Assembly (NCBI GenBank): GCA_965644315.1
Contig: CBFFRQ010000053.1
Span: 496,001 to 560,000, forward strand
DNA: 64,000 bases
Reading direction: 5' to 3'
Source: Caecitellus pseudoparvulus
Lineage: Eukaryota > Protista > Bigyra: Bicosoecida
Position numbers and translations under genes: made by a program. The notes below the pieces were generated by a model. The model was not told where the DNA came from. It worked only from the letters and a program-made list of their open reading frames with translations, and did not search any database. Within the stretch, counting starts at the first letter, position 1. Every line of letters starts with the position of its first letter. Below, piece after piece: positions 39,439 through 50,142 of this stretch.

Positions 39439-40676
39439 GCCTCCCCCGTACCTTTCCTGAACCCAGCGCTTCTCACTTAGCCGGCCTCCCAATTCAACCG
39501 GCTTGATGCTCGCGTGACATGCCCCTGTGCGCTTTGCAGGACGCTTTCACTCGCTCCAAGGCGCTGCAGATCCCCCCTTGGCCGGGGCAGGCGGGCCCGT
39601 TTCGCATTGCTCTGGGGGGTGGTGAGAGACGCGCAGAGAACTTGGTGCTGCTACTGCTACTCCGCCGTGGGGGGAGTCGTACTGAATTGCGGAGAAACCA
39701 CCCCTCCAATCGCCCCAGCGACAGCACCCAGCAGGCTTGGCGAGGAAGCCCCAAACCAGGAAGAGCGCGTTGTGCTGGGGGGCTCCTGCCCTGGCGCTGG
39801 GAAGGGCAATGGATGCGGGCGGGCCAGAGGCCAGTGAGCAGGCGAAGCAGCCGGACATGGCGCGCCGTCCCTACACGAGCGGACGCCACGTACCACGTCG
39901 GCCTCCGCGTGATTGGGGGAAAGTAGGTTTTTGCCTATCCTGGAGGTAACCGTACGCGTGGCGTTTGTGCGGGGGAGGCGGGCGTGGCAGGAAGGAGGTG
40001 CGGGACGTGAGACCCCGCCCTGCACTCGCCCGGCTGTGTTGACTGCTAACGGCCCGTGCACAGCGCACCCTGCATCATGTCTGCTTCACTGGCACTATAC
40101 ATCAGTACACGCAAGCTCCAGGCGCGGAATGGCGAGCGCACAGCACCCGACAGAGCACGGCTCCGCTAGGACGGAGGCAGCGCCACGCGCCCACCAACAA
40201 TGAACCCTGCGCACGCAGCCAGACGAGGCGCGCACCTGACAAGGCAAATTCCTGGTCAATACATGTTTAGAACTTGGCCCCTTCTTGCTTTGCAGGCCAT
40301 GAGGGCCACCCGGCCTCGCCACGCAGCAGTTGGTGAGAGGGCGCGTGGCTCCAAGCCGGCTCGGGCGCCTGGCGCAAAGTTTTCAGGCAGCGCTCATGCC
40401 CTCATTCTGCGTCGCAGCCAGCACGCCGGCGCTGGGAGCGGGCTGCGATGAGGTGTCTGGTGAGCTACCAGGCAAACAATGTGTATTCTGACCGACCGCC
40501 TTCAAGTGCACCGCTGCACAGGGCGTGTTTGCCGCGCTGCGTGGCGCGGCGGCCGTGAAAGCAGTACGTGCGCAACAAGTATGCCCACCTGCACCATGTG
40601 CGCTGCCGCGCTCTCAGGGTGGGGCGCAGCAGGACAGAAACAATGCATTCTTGAGGTCCGCATGTCCAGCGTCGCG

Positions 40677-43600
40677 TCACTTGCCACCACTCGCTGCCGC
40701 AGCAGGGGTTCGGAGCCAGGGGTGCTGCAACGCTTGCCGCGCAGTGAGGCGCCGCGCAGGGTCCTTCGCGAGGAGGCCCCTGACAAAGGCAATGCCGCTG
40801 TCAGACCACTCTGTCCACACTCCGCCTGAGAAGTCCAGGGGCACCGTCAGAATGCGCTGCACGATGCTCTGCTGGTCCTCGCCATCGAAGGGCAGGCGGC
40901 CCCGCACCACGAGGTAGAGAATGACCCCCACACTCCACAGGTCCGCCTCCATGTGGTAGCCCTTCATGGACAGCACCTCAGGGGCCACGTACGTCAGTGT
41001 GCCGCAGGGCATGGTCATGAGCTCGTCGGGGTGCACGAGTTTGCTGAGCCCGAAGTCGGCGATTTTGATGTTGTGCACTGCCGCACCACAGAGGATGTTC
41101 TCGGGCTTGATGTCGCGGTGCACGATGCCGAGGGAGTGCAGGTACGCGACAGCGTCCACGAGGGGCTTGGCCAGTTGCCTGGCTTCGTCCTCTGAGAAGC
41201 GCGAGCGGCCGACGATGTTGTCGAACAGCTCGCCGCCTGTGATGAGCTCCATGACGATGTACATGGTGTCCCGCGTCTCGAACACGTCCTCCAGCCGGAT
41301 GATGTGCGGGTGCTGCACCAGGCGCAGGATGGCGATCTCCGTGCGCAGCAGCTCCCGCTCGCCCTCCTTCAGGGAGGCCTTGTCAATCACCTTCACTGCG
41401 ACGCAGTTCTGCGTTTCGCGGTGGGTGCCCTGCAGCACCCGGGAGAAACGCCCCTTGCCCAGCTCCCGCCCCAGCAAGTACACCTGCTCGAAGTCCACTG
41501 TGCGGCAGGCACGCGTGAGTAGGGCCATCCACTCGTCCCGCGACGCTGCGTCCTTGCAGTACAGCGTGCGGTCCTGGTCGCCGTGGGCGGAGGCGGTGTG
41601 GATGGAAATGCCGAAGAAGCCCCGCGCCATACTGTCGTTGCACTGCTTCACGAAGGAGCCCTCCAGGAACAGGCTGCCCTTGGGCATGTGGCTGTCCTGG
41701 TCCTTGTACCAGTACAGGAAGTTCTGGCACAGGTAGTACCACCGCCGCGTCATCTGCCCCGTACGCCGCCCCTTCTTCCACAGCTCCCCCTCGTGCTCCA
41801 GCATCTCTGCGCCCTGCATGGCCAGGGCACGGGCGGCGCCTGCGCCCAGCCCCGCCATCTGGCTGGCCCCACCCTCCGCAGCGCCCCCCGTGGACCGCAC
41901 TGACGCCCGGTCGTCGCCGCCCCACCCCGCGGCAGCGGAGGTGGACCCCGCCCCGCCGCCCACGCCCACGCTGCGGTCGTCAGCCGCGACGTGCCCTGAC
42001 GCCACCAGGGTCGCTGCGACGACGGAGTCGCCCCCGCCCCCGCCCCCACCTCCGATCAGCTCCTTCACCGCTTCGGAGGTCATCTCGCCCACTGCGTCAG
42101 ACTGGCTCATGGAGCGGCCGCGGCCGTGGCCGTGGCCGCCGCCGCCCCCCCCGTGTCCCCCCCCCCCTCCGCTGTCCCCGCTGTCCGCAGACATGGAGCG
42201 CTGGCGGCGGGGGGCGTGTCCAGCGAAGGCCGCTGTCCCATGCTGTGCCGCCCCTGCCGCTTGCTCTGCCAGGTGCAGGTGTGCCGCTGCCAGCTGGGCA
42301 TGCGTGTCTGCCGTGCCGGTGAGGTGGCCTGACGACCCCGCCACAGCCGCTGAGCGGAGGGCGGAGGGGGTGAGGGCGAAGTGAGGGGGGTGCAGGGGGG
42401 GTGCGCCCCCCCCTGTGGAGCCCCCCCCCCACGACGGCGAGTCCAGCACCGACGAGCTGAAGCCATGCCCTGTCGTGACGGGCGTGGAGAGGGACGTGTC
42501 GGACGCATGCCGGGCGGCGGCCAGCTCCCACAGCTCCGCCTGGGACCCCAGCGCACGCCCCGACTGCACGGTGCTGGCGTCATCCTGGACGGACCCGGAG
42601 CGGGGGGACTCCACGTCCTCCCCCCTCTCCGCGCCCACACTGCCCATGAGGAAGGGGGAGGAGAGGCCCCCGCCCCCCCCCCGGCCGGGCGTGGTGGAGG
42701 AGCCGGGGGACCCTGCCCCCCCCCCGCGAGGACCAGTGGGGGGGTGGTGGGCCCCCCACCCCACCAGGCCCGGTGCCACACTGACCCAGTCCTGGGGCCC
42801 GTGTGGCTGCCCGCAGGCAACGCAGCAGCGACGGCGCAGCGCGACAGAGGGGGGGGACACCGCCCCCCCCCCCGCCGCCCCCGCCAGAGGCACCGCCTTG
42901 GGGTCCACCGACAGGGCCGACGCCAGGGCGGGTGAGGGACCGTACAGGTCGTGCCCGCGTTGCCGGGTGAGCATGCGGATGCCGTCGGCGCCGGCAGCCC
43001 CCCCCCTGGGGTTGGGCGGGAGGGGGGGTGTGGACCCCCCTCCCGGCGTGCCCCGGCCGCCGGCGCTGGGGGAGGCGGTGCGAGGCAGGAAGGGGGGGGT
43101 GCTGGGCAGGCCCCCGCCGCCGCTGCCGCTGCCGCCGCTGCCGCCGCCCCGTAAACCAGGGGATGTGCGGGGGGTCGTGGAGTGCTTCTCCCACGCTTGC
43201 TGGGCGTCGAAGGCGATGCCTCGGGCAGTGCCCCGTCCCCCGCTGCCGCTGGGAGGGGGGGTGGTGGAGGGGGCGGCAGGGAGGGACTTACTGTGGCGGC
43301 CGTGGGGGGATGCGCCCGCCATGGAGGGGGGGGGCACGGGGCGGTCTGTGGGGGGTGCCGTGGCAGCCCCCTGCTGCACCCCCCCCTCCCCAGCCTGGGC
43401 CGGCGGGCTGCGCACGTGTTGCAGGGACAGGTGGGGCTTGGCGGAGGGGGGGGTCGTGCCCCCCTCCTCCCCCCCTGCTCGCACAGCCGCCGCTGGCAGA
43501 GCCCGAGGTCGTGTGGCGCCCAGAGGCAAGTCCCCCGCACTGCCCTCTCGGCACAGGCTGGAGGGTCCCGTGGAGTCGTCGCAGACCCCCCCTCCCGGCA

Positions 43601-45256
43601 GGCCGGAGGGGGGTGCCGGGCTGTCCCCCCCCCCCTCCTCCCCCTCGTGCTCCTGGATGACTGACGTCACCAGTGAGCGAGCTGCCCGGGAGGAGAGGGC
43701 AGGGCGGGTGCCGGGGGGGGGCGTGCCTGGGCGCATGGGGCGGCCTGCCGCCGTCGTAGTGGCGGCGGCGGAGGTGGCGGTGGTGGTGGTGGACAGCAGG
43801 GGCGGCGGGAGAGCGGGGGCCAGTGGCAGGGCGGAAGCGGACTCAACCTCGGGCACACGCGGGGACAGCAGCCAGCCCTCATCTGGCCCCCGCCACTCTG
43901 CGTGCATGCTGTCCATGAGCATGGGTGCGCCAGACACGGGGTGGTGCCGCATGGCAAAGCCACAGGACATGCACCGCAACGCAGCGGTGGCGGCGGAGAA
44001 ACGCCCCCCCACGCCAAGCTCCGCTTGCAAGTCCCCTGAGCCGTCCCGTTCCCTGCCACCCCCCCCTGTGCTGTTGACAGAGCCCAGCAGGCTCTGCTGG
44101 GCGGTGGCGATGGCAGTGGAGATGTACTCCTGGCTGGGCGGCGGCAGGGCGCTGCTTGCGCTGGAGCTGGCGCTGCCAGTGTTGGAGGGCACTGACTTGG
44201 CGCGCAGCATGGGGGAGGGCGACGTGGGGGGGCCCTGCTGCCCTGGTGCTGACGAGCTGCGCAGGCTGAGCGGCGGCACGCCGGAGGGCGCTGGCACGGC
44301 AGCGGACAGCGGCGTGCCCACGCCCACGACGCTGCGCCGTTTCGTGCGCGTTGCGTCAGGTCCCGCCTCCTCCACCGCCGGCTTGTCCCCGAAGGGGAAC
44401 ACGGAAGACAGGTACACGACGATGCCAGGGTGTTGCCCCAGGCACCGTTCGAACTCCTTGGCCTTCATCTTGCCGTCGTGTGCGGCGTTGAAGGTCTTGA
44501 ACAGGGAGCGCACGAGCGCGTCCACCATGGCGGTGTGGGGCTTGTCCTCGGGCTCCGCCGCCAGGCTGTCCCGGTAAATGACGGACAGCACCGCCCCCGG
44601 GATGTGCGACAGCAGAGTGCGCAGGTCTTGCGGGGAGATGTACCCTCGCCTGCGGGGGAGCGGCGGGAGCGGTGGGAGGCGGCAGGCATCACGCAGACAC
44701 CAGTGCCACGCACCTGCGAATGTCAAAGAGGCGGAAGATGAAGCCGGCGCGCTCCTCAGGCGTGCCGCGGCAGATGGTGGCCAGTCCCACGATGAAGTCC
44801 TCGTACACCAGCTTGCCTTGCCCGTTCGTGCTGTCAAAGACGGCAAAGAGTTGCTCTGAGGCGGCGCGTGGAGGCCAGCAAGTGCGCAGGCTGCAGTAAC
44901 ACGCAGGCGGCGAGGCGGCCACGCACCCCCCAGCAGCCCCGGCAGCGGGAACACCATCAAAAACGTCTCCTTGTCCACTGTCTGGCCATCTTCACTCCTG
45001 CTGGTCAAGTCCTGCAGGAGAGGCGGGGAGGGGGGCGTGGTGGTGGCCTGCCGTTGCGGCTTGCCACGCAACCACCTTGGCACGCACCTTGAAGAGCGCC
45101 TGGATGCTCACGCGCTCCGCAGGGGTGACTGCGCAGCAGGGAGGGGGGGAGTGTGCAGTCACTGGCCAGTCAGTTCGCCGGCGGCCTGCGCCACGCACAG
45201 GAGTCAGAAGCTGCCCGGACTGCTGCCGACTTGCTTTTGCTGGGACCGGTGCCCAT
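40677..45256 (-). CDS. CAMK-group protein kinase with N-myristoylation motif, N-terminal EF-hands and PH domain (CDPK7-like architecture); four 5' introns
   Basis: Starts MGTGPSK. Spliced EF-hand region LFAVFDSTNGQGKLVYEDF / FIFRLFDI. PH domain EGELWKKG..RRWYYL..RDEWM. Kinase motifs GKGRFSRV, VAVK, HRDIKPEN, DFG, CGTLTYVAPE, DLWSVG. Confidence 0.9.
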
Positions 45257-45507
45257 GGAAGCTCCAAGGCGCCACCTGCACAAGAGCTGGCAGTTGAAAC
45301 GGCCGAGGTGGAAGGCAATGTAGCATTTGCAGTGTGTATGCTTGACTTTGAGCAGTGTGAATTGCCGCGCGGGGCGGCATTGTGCGCGCAACGCTGGTGG
45401 CCTGCTTCGAATGTCAAGTGCAGTGCACTTGGCGCCGATCAGAACCGTGCGGTTGGAGGCGCTGCCGGGCCGCCCCTGGTCCTCCCTGCCAGCCGCCCGC
45501 ACACCGC

Positions 45508-48276
45508 TCACTCTGCAGCCGAGCTCCCCATGCCCTGCACGTGCTGCAGCAACGCATCACACAAGACTGGCGACCTGTGCCGGCTCCGCGCAGCCTGCAC
45601 CGCTTTCACGGCGTGGGCTGGGTCAACCTCGGCATACACCCGCGCCGCCGCCGCCGCCGCCGCCTGCATGTCCGCCTCTGGGTCATCCATGTGCACCAGC
45701 AGCGCCTCCAACGTGTACTCGACAGGGCCGCCCATCATGGCGCCTGGCGCCGCGGCAGCCGGCAACGCCGCCAACGCACCACACGCGCACTGCCGCACCT
45801 TGTCTGACGCGTCGTCCAGCCGCTTCAGCAGCTCCGGGTACAGCCGCCGGACACCGCTGTCGTCCAGGTGCCTGGGCATGGCAGGCAGCAGGGCTGCCAG
45901 GCACAGGACGGAGATGTGGCGGGTGGTTTCGTCGTCGTCTGACAGGGTGCTGGTGAGCTGTGGCGCCAGCTGGCTCCACACCGTCACGGCGTGGTGAGGG
46001 GGGAGGTGTCCCCCCTCCACCACCCCATGCAGCGCCGCCATGGCCACTTTGCGCACCGTGGAGGCCACTGCACCCACCTGCCACGCCAGGTTGGGCGTCA
46101 GGGCGTCTCGCACCAGCACCGGCCCCGCCAGGGCCATGGCGGACTTGGCGTGGGGGGGCACATCCCCCCCCCCATACGCCCCCGCCAGGGTGTCCACGAG
46201 GGCTAGCTGGGCCAGGCGTAGGTCCGCGTCGCGGCTGGGCGACAGGCTCAGCGTCAGCAGCTCCACCAGCTCCGGCAAATGCTGGGCAAATGCCAGGGGC
46301 GCCAGGCGCACCGCCGCATCAAGCTCACACCGCAGGGGGTCCCCCCTGCTCCACGCCGCGGCAACGGGGCCCTGCTGCAGGGCCAGGAGGGCGGGCGCTG
46401 CGACCGCGAGCAGGTCGCTGTGCGACCCCGCCCCCGTCGCGGCGGCCAGCGCCTGGATGGCCTCCTGCGCTGCCGCCACCACCTCCGGACTGTGCCCCGG
46501 TCGCAGCAGGTGCAGGCCGGTGCGCAGCAGGGCCAGTGTACCCGGGGCGGAGGGGGCGAGGTCCGGTCCCCCCACCTCCACACAGGCCGCTAGGGCGGCG
46601 AGGAGGGCCGAGGGCAGGGAGGGGGGGGTGGTCTGCCCCAGGGCGGGGTCGGCCAGGGCGGTGGCCGTCGCGAGCAAGTGCTCGGCAAATGCCTCCCCGT
46701 CCATCCCCGACACGCTGTTGGCCAGCACCCCCAGCGCCGCCGCACGGTGCTCCAGCCCCCCCATCCCACTCACCTCCCCCCGCACCTGTGGCAGTAGCGC
46801 CAGCAGCAGCACGCCAGGCGGCAGGAACGCCCCAATGAGCGCCGCACAGTCCTTCACTGCCGCCACCACCGCCGCCTCCTCGTCGCCCGTCGCTTGGCAG
46901 AGGGCGGGCAGCACCTCCCCCAGGGCGTCGGCAATGCCCCCCTCCACGTACACCAGCGCACTGCGCAGGGCCCCCGCCGCCCCCACGCGCGTGTCAGCCT
47001 TCCAGTCCGCCACCCCCTCCACACAGCGGGCCAGCACTGCAGGCAGGTGGTGCCGCACCAGCCGCCGGGCAGACGCCGGGGGGCGCCCTGAGAAGGGGGG
47101 TGGCAGCACGATGTCGTCGTACCCGGGGGGGGGGGGCGTGTCCGGGACATGGCCCGAGGGGGCGGGGGGGGTGGGCCCACCCCCCGCCCCCTCCACTGGC
47201 GCTGCAGCCTCAGCCGCCACAGCCAGGTCGGGGGGCGGGGCGTCCCCATCGGAGGGGGTGGGCCCATCGCCCCGCATCACCAGCGCATCAGCCGTCCCAT
47301 GCAGCGCCGCCAGGGCCGCACCCCCCACCTCCCCCGCCGCATCCGCCGTTGCCGTGAGCAGCAGCGTGAGGATGGCGGGCGTGTGACTCCGCGCGGCTGG
47401 CGGCGGCAGTGACTCCAGCCACCCCCCCAGCACCCCCGCCAACGCCTGCCGCACCGACGCCGTGCGATCCAGCAGCCGAGGCGTCAGGCCCGGCAGTACC
47501 GCCTCCCCCAGCAGCTTGTCCGCCGCCCCGCCACACAGCGGCAGCAGGCGCCCCAGTGCCCGCACCGCCTCCCCTCGCACCTTGCCCCGCTGGTGGCCGG
47601 TGTTGGCCAGAGTGGACTTCACGAGGGGGGTCGCCACACTGGGAATGTGCCGCGGCACGGCGGTGGCCAGCGCCTGCACTGCCTTGGCAGCGGCCACCTT
47701 AACGGCTGGGAAGGCGTCGGCAGCCACGCGGGCGAGGGTGGTGGCGACACTGTCCAGCCCGGCAGCCACCTCGTCCCGGCTGCTGCGTTGCACGAGCAGG
47801 AACAGCAGCAAGTCAACCAGCTTCAGTCGCAGCTCCTCAGAGGGCTCCCCGAAGGGGGAGCTGCCGATGCGCGCGGCAAAGGTGGGCAGTGCCTGCCGCA
47901 GTGCCACACCCAGGCTGTCGGCGGAGCCGGGCAGCTGGGCCAGAGCCAGGTACAGGTCCAGCGCATCCTCCCGCACGCGCTCCACGGGGTCTGAAAAGAG
48001 GCCCACCAGCGCACTCCCGAGGGAGGCTGTGAAAAAACCTGCTGCATGGTCTGGCTGTGTCTGTGCGCGTGACGTGCAGCGGGGGCGCGTGTTTTGCCTG
48101 CGGGCGCCTGACGCGGAAATTGCAGCACACACCGACGCTGCTGTCAGCTCCCTGCTCAGCTTCTTGAGAGCACTCTTCCGGGTGCCGAGGGCGGGATCAG
48201 CGAGACAGTTCACTTCCCGGGCGAACTTCTTGCTCAGCCCGCCATCACCTCCCGACCCTGCTTCGTCTGCGGCCAT
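45508..48276 (-). CDS. DNAAF5: Dynein axonemal assembly factor 5 (HEATR2), HEAT-repeat protein; one 5' intron near 48060-48130
   Basis: REVNCLADP..RKSAL, EPSEELRL, DWKADTR, YPELLKRLDDASDKVR and LLVHMDDP. Confidence 0.8.
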   Translation of the reverse strand: MAADEAGSGGDGGLSKKFAREVNCLADPALGTRKSALKKLSRELTAASVCAAISASGARRQNTRPRCTSRAQTQPDHAAGFFTASLGSALVGLFSDPVERVREDALDLYLALAQLPGSADSLGVALRQALPTFAARIGSSPFGEPSEELRLKLVDLLLFLLVQRSSRDEVAAGLDSVATTLARVAADAFPAVKVAAAKAVQALATAVPRHIPSVATPLVKSTLANTGHQRGKVRGEAVRALGRLLPLCGGAADKLLGEAVLPGLTPRLLDRTASVRQALAGVLGGWLESLPPPAARSHTPAILTLLLTATADAAGEVGGAALAALHGTADALVMRGDGPTPSDGDAPPPDLAVAAEAAAPVEGAGGGPTPPAPSGHVPDTPPPPGYDDIVLPPPFSGRPPASARRLVRHHLPAVLARCVEGVADWKADTRVGAAGALRSALVYVEGGIADALGEVLPALCQATGDEEAAVVAAVKDCAALIGAFLPPGVLLLALLPQVRGEVSGMGGLEHRAAALGVLANSVSGMDGEAFAEHLLATATALADPALGQTTPPSLPSALLAALAACVEVGGPDLAPSAPGTLALLRTGLHLLRPGHSPEVVAAAQEAIQALAAATGAGSHSDLLAVAAPALLALQQGPVAAAWSRGDPLRCELDAAVRLAPLAFAQHLPELVELLTLSLSPSRDADLRLAQLALVDTLAGAYGGGDVPPHAKSAMALAGPVLVRDALTPNLAWQVGAVASTVRKVAMAALHGVVEGGHLPPHHAVTVWSQLAPQLTSTLSDDDETTRHISVLCLAALLPAMPRHLDDSGVRRLYPELLKRLDDASDKVRQCACGALAALPAAAAPGAMMGGPVEYTLEALLVHMDDPEADMQAAAAAAARVYAEVDPAHAVKAVQAARSRHRSPVLCDALLQHVQGMGSSAAE

Positions 48277-48456
48277 GCTCGGGAAGCCAAAACCGACACT
48301 CGAAACGCCGAGACGAAACGCCGCGCACAGCACTTGGGCGGCTGCTGCAAAACAACACAACGTCAGAAGCCCCGGACCTCGCACGCTTTCGGGCAGACAC
48401 CGTCGTACTGGGATCTCGTGTTTGTGTATTTTCTCAACCCACCCCCCTGTGCAGCC

Positions 48457-49179
48457 ATGCAGCAACCTCCTGTGCCAGCGGAAGCTGCCACCGATGCTGG
48501 TTTTGAAGCGGGCTCAGGCGAGGCAGAAGACCGCGGCCTGCGCCGCCGCCGTCGCGTGCGAGTGCAGGTTCCCGCCCAATGCCTCCCTGCACGTGTCGTG
48601 GCCGCGGCAGCTGCGTCAGGCGGCGCAGCCACGCCTGACGCTGAGCCCTCCCAGCGACTGCGCAGGGCGGCGGCTGCGCAGGAGGAGGCAGCCTACCAGC
48701 GCCTACTGGGCAACAGCCTGGCATCTGTGAGTGCCTGCGCAGTGGGTGGCGCTGCTAGGCGTGTTCAGGCCCCCGCACACGCCGCCGCGTTTCTCGCCGT
48801 CGCAGCTGTCCCCCACAGCCCCGCGGAGTGGTGGGCCCAGTGCCCTGCGGGAGATCACGCCGCAGCTGAGTCTGGCAGTGAACATTCTCGTGTCTGTGCT
48901 GGGCACGGGGGCTGGCGTCACGTGGCTCACGAGCAAGGTGGTGCCTGATGACTTGGCGGTGCGTTTCATTCAAAAACCGCCCCGTCCCACCACACGCAGT
49001 GCCCCTGCGTGTGTGAGCCTGCAGGCATAAACCCCCCTCACCCCCCCCCTTCCTCTCCTCAGGTGTGTCTCGCTGTGGGCATGGGGGCTGCCGTCACGCT
49101 GCTGCTGGTGGAAACCATCCTCCTCCTCACCCGCATGGAAACGCTGGACAAGCGCGGGCCCACCCCCCCTCCGCCCTGA
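48457..49179 (+). CDS. TMEM199: V-ATPase assembly factor VMA12/TMEM199-like; introns 48727-48805, 48959-49062
   Basis: EEAAYQRL followed by two TM helices (QLSLAVNILVSVLG.., AVGMGAAVTLLLVETILL). Confidence 0.65.
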
Positions 49180-49182
49180 CCC

Positions 49183-49734
49183 TCACCCCCCCTCTTCCTC
49201 CTCGCCCTCGCTGGCCTCTTCAAACTCCACGGACAGCAGGAGAGAGCAACCTGTGCAGGGCAGCGTGACGGACCCCGCCGCGCCCAGCCCTGCCTCCTGC
49301 ACGGCATACCGCCCCCCACACCGACAGGCGCTGAAGTACTCCCTGCGCACGCCGTCCCACTGCATGTCGTCCAGGTCCACGGTGGCCGCTGCGCCGCCCT
49401 GGTCCGCCGTGCTCGCCCGAGCCTGGGCTGCAGCCACCGCGGCATCGTATGTCGCTCGCGCAGAGGCATCCCCCAACACTGCATACGCCGCTGCGATGCT
49501 CGCCATCATGTCGGCTTTGCTGCTACGTTCGTCCTCTGGCGCCTGTGTCGTGCAGGCGGGGGGCGTGGCAGGTCAACGCGGGGCAGACAGCGTCCAATTT
49601 CCGCGCCTCACGCTGGTCTGTTTGTCAGGGTGCAGCGCCCGGGCCAGCTCCCGATACCGCACCGTAACTTCCCTTGCTGTGCAGCTTGCCTGCAGTCCCA
49701 ACGTCGCATAGTGATCTGGCATGCCCGCCGCCAT
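49183..49734 (-). CDS. DPH4: Diphthamide biosynthesis protein 4 (J-domain plus CSL zinc finger); intron 49611-49543
   Basis: DHYATLG, LHPDK, AYAVLGD..R.TYD, then CRCGG..CTGCSL. Confidence 0.9.
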
Positions 49735-50142
49735 GCCACACCCACACAAGCCAACGCCAGAACTTGGCACCAGGCGATTCTGGCTTGCCAAGTGCACGGG
49801 CCACCGCACCAATCCTGGCGTGGATGGCGCGTGTTTGCCGCGGTTGCTCAAGTGGGGAGGAACACGCACACCTGGCCTTGCTGCTCGGCGGCTCCGAGCC
49901 GTAATTCGGGCTTTTGTGCCATTGCAGCAAATGAATCTCGGATTCCACGAGTCTCCAGCTCTTGACAGTCACGAAAGTCAGCTCCACGGCACCTACCAAC
50001 GTGGTGCTCAGACCAATTTGTACATTGTACTCACTGACCCTCCACTCACACGCCCGACACACAACCACCTACACACCCCCACGGGCCCGGTCTCCTCGTG
50101 TTTTGCCAGCAGCAGGACGCCCTCCTCGGTGTGCCAGGCGAC

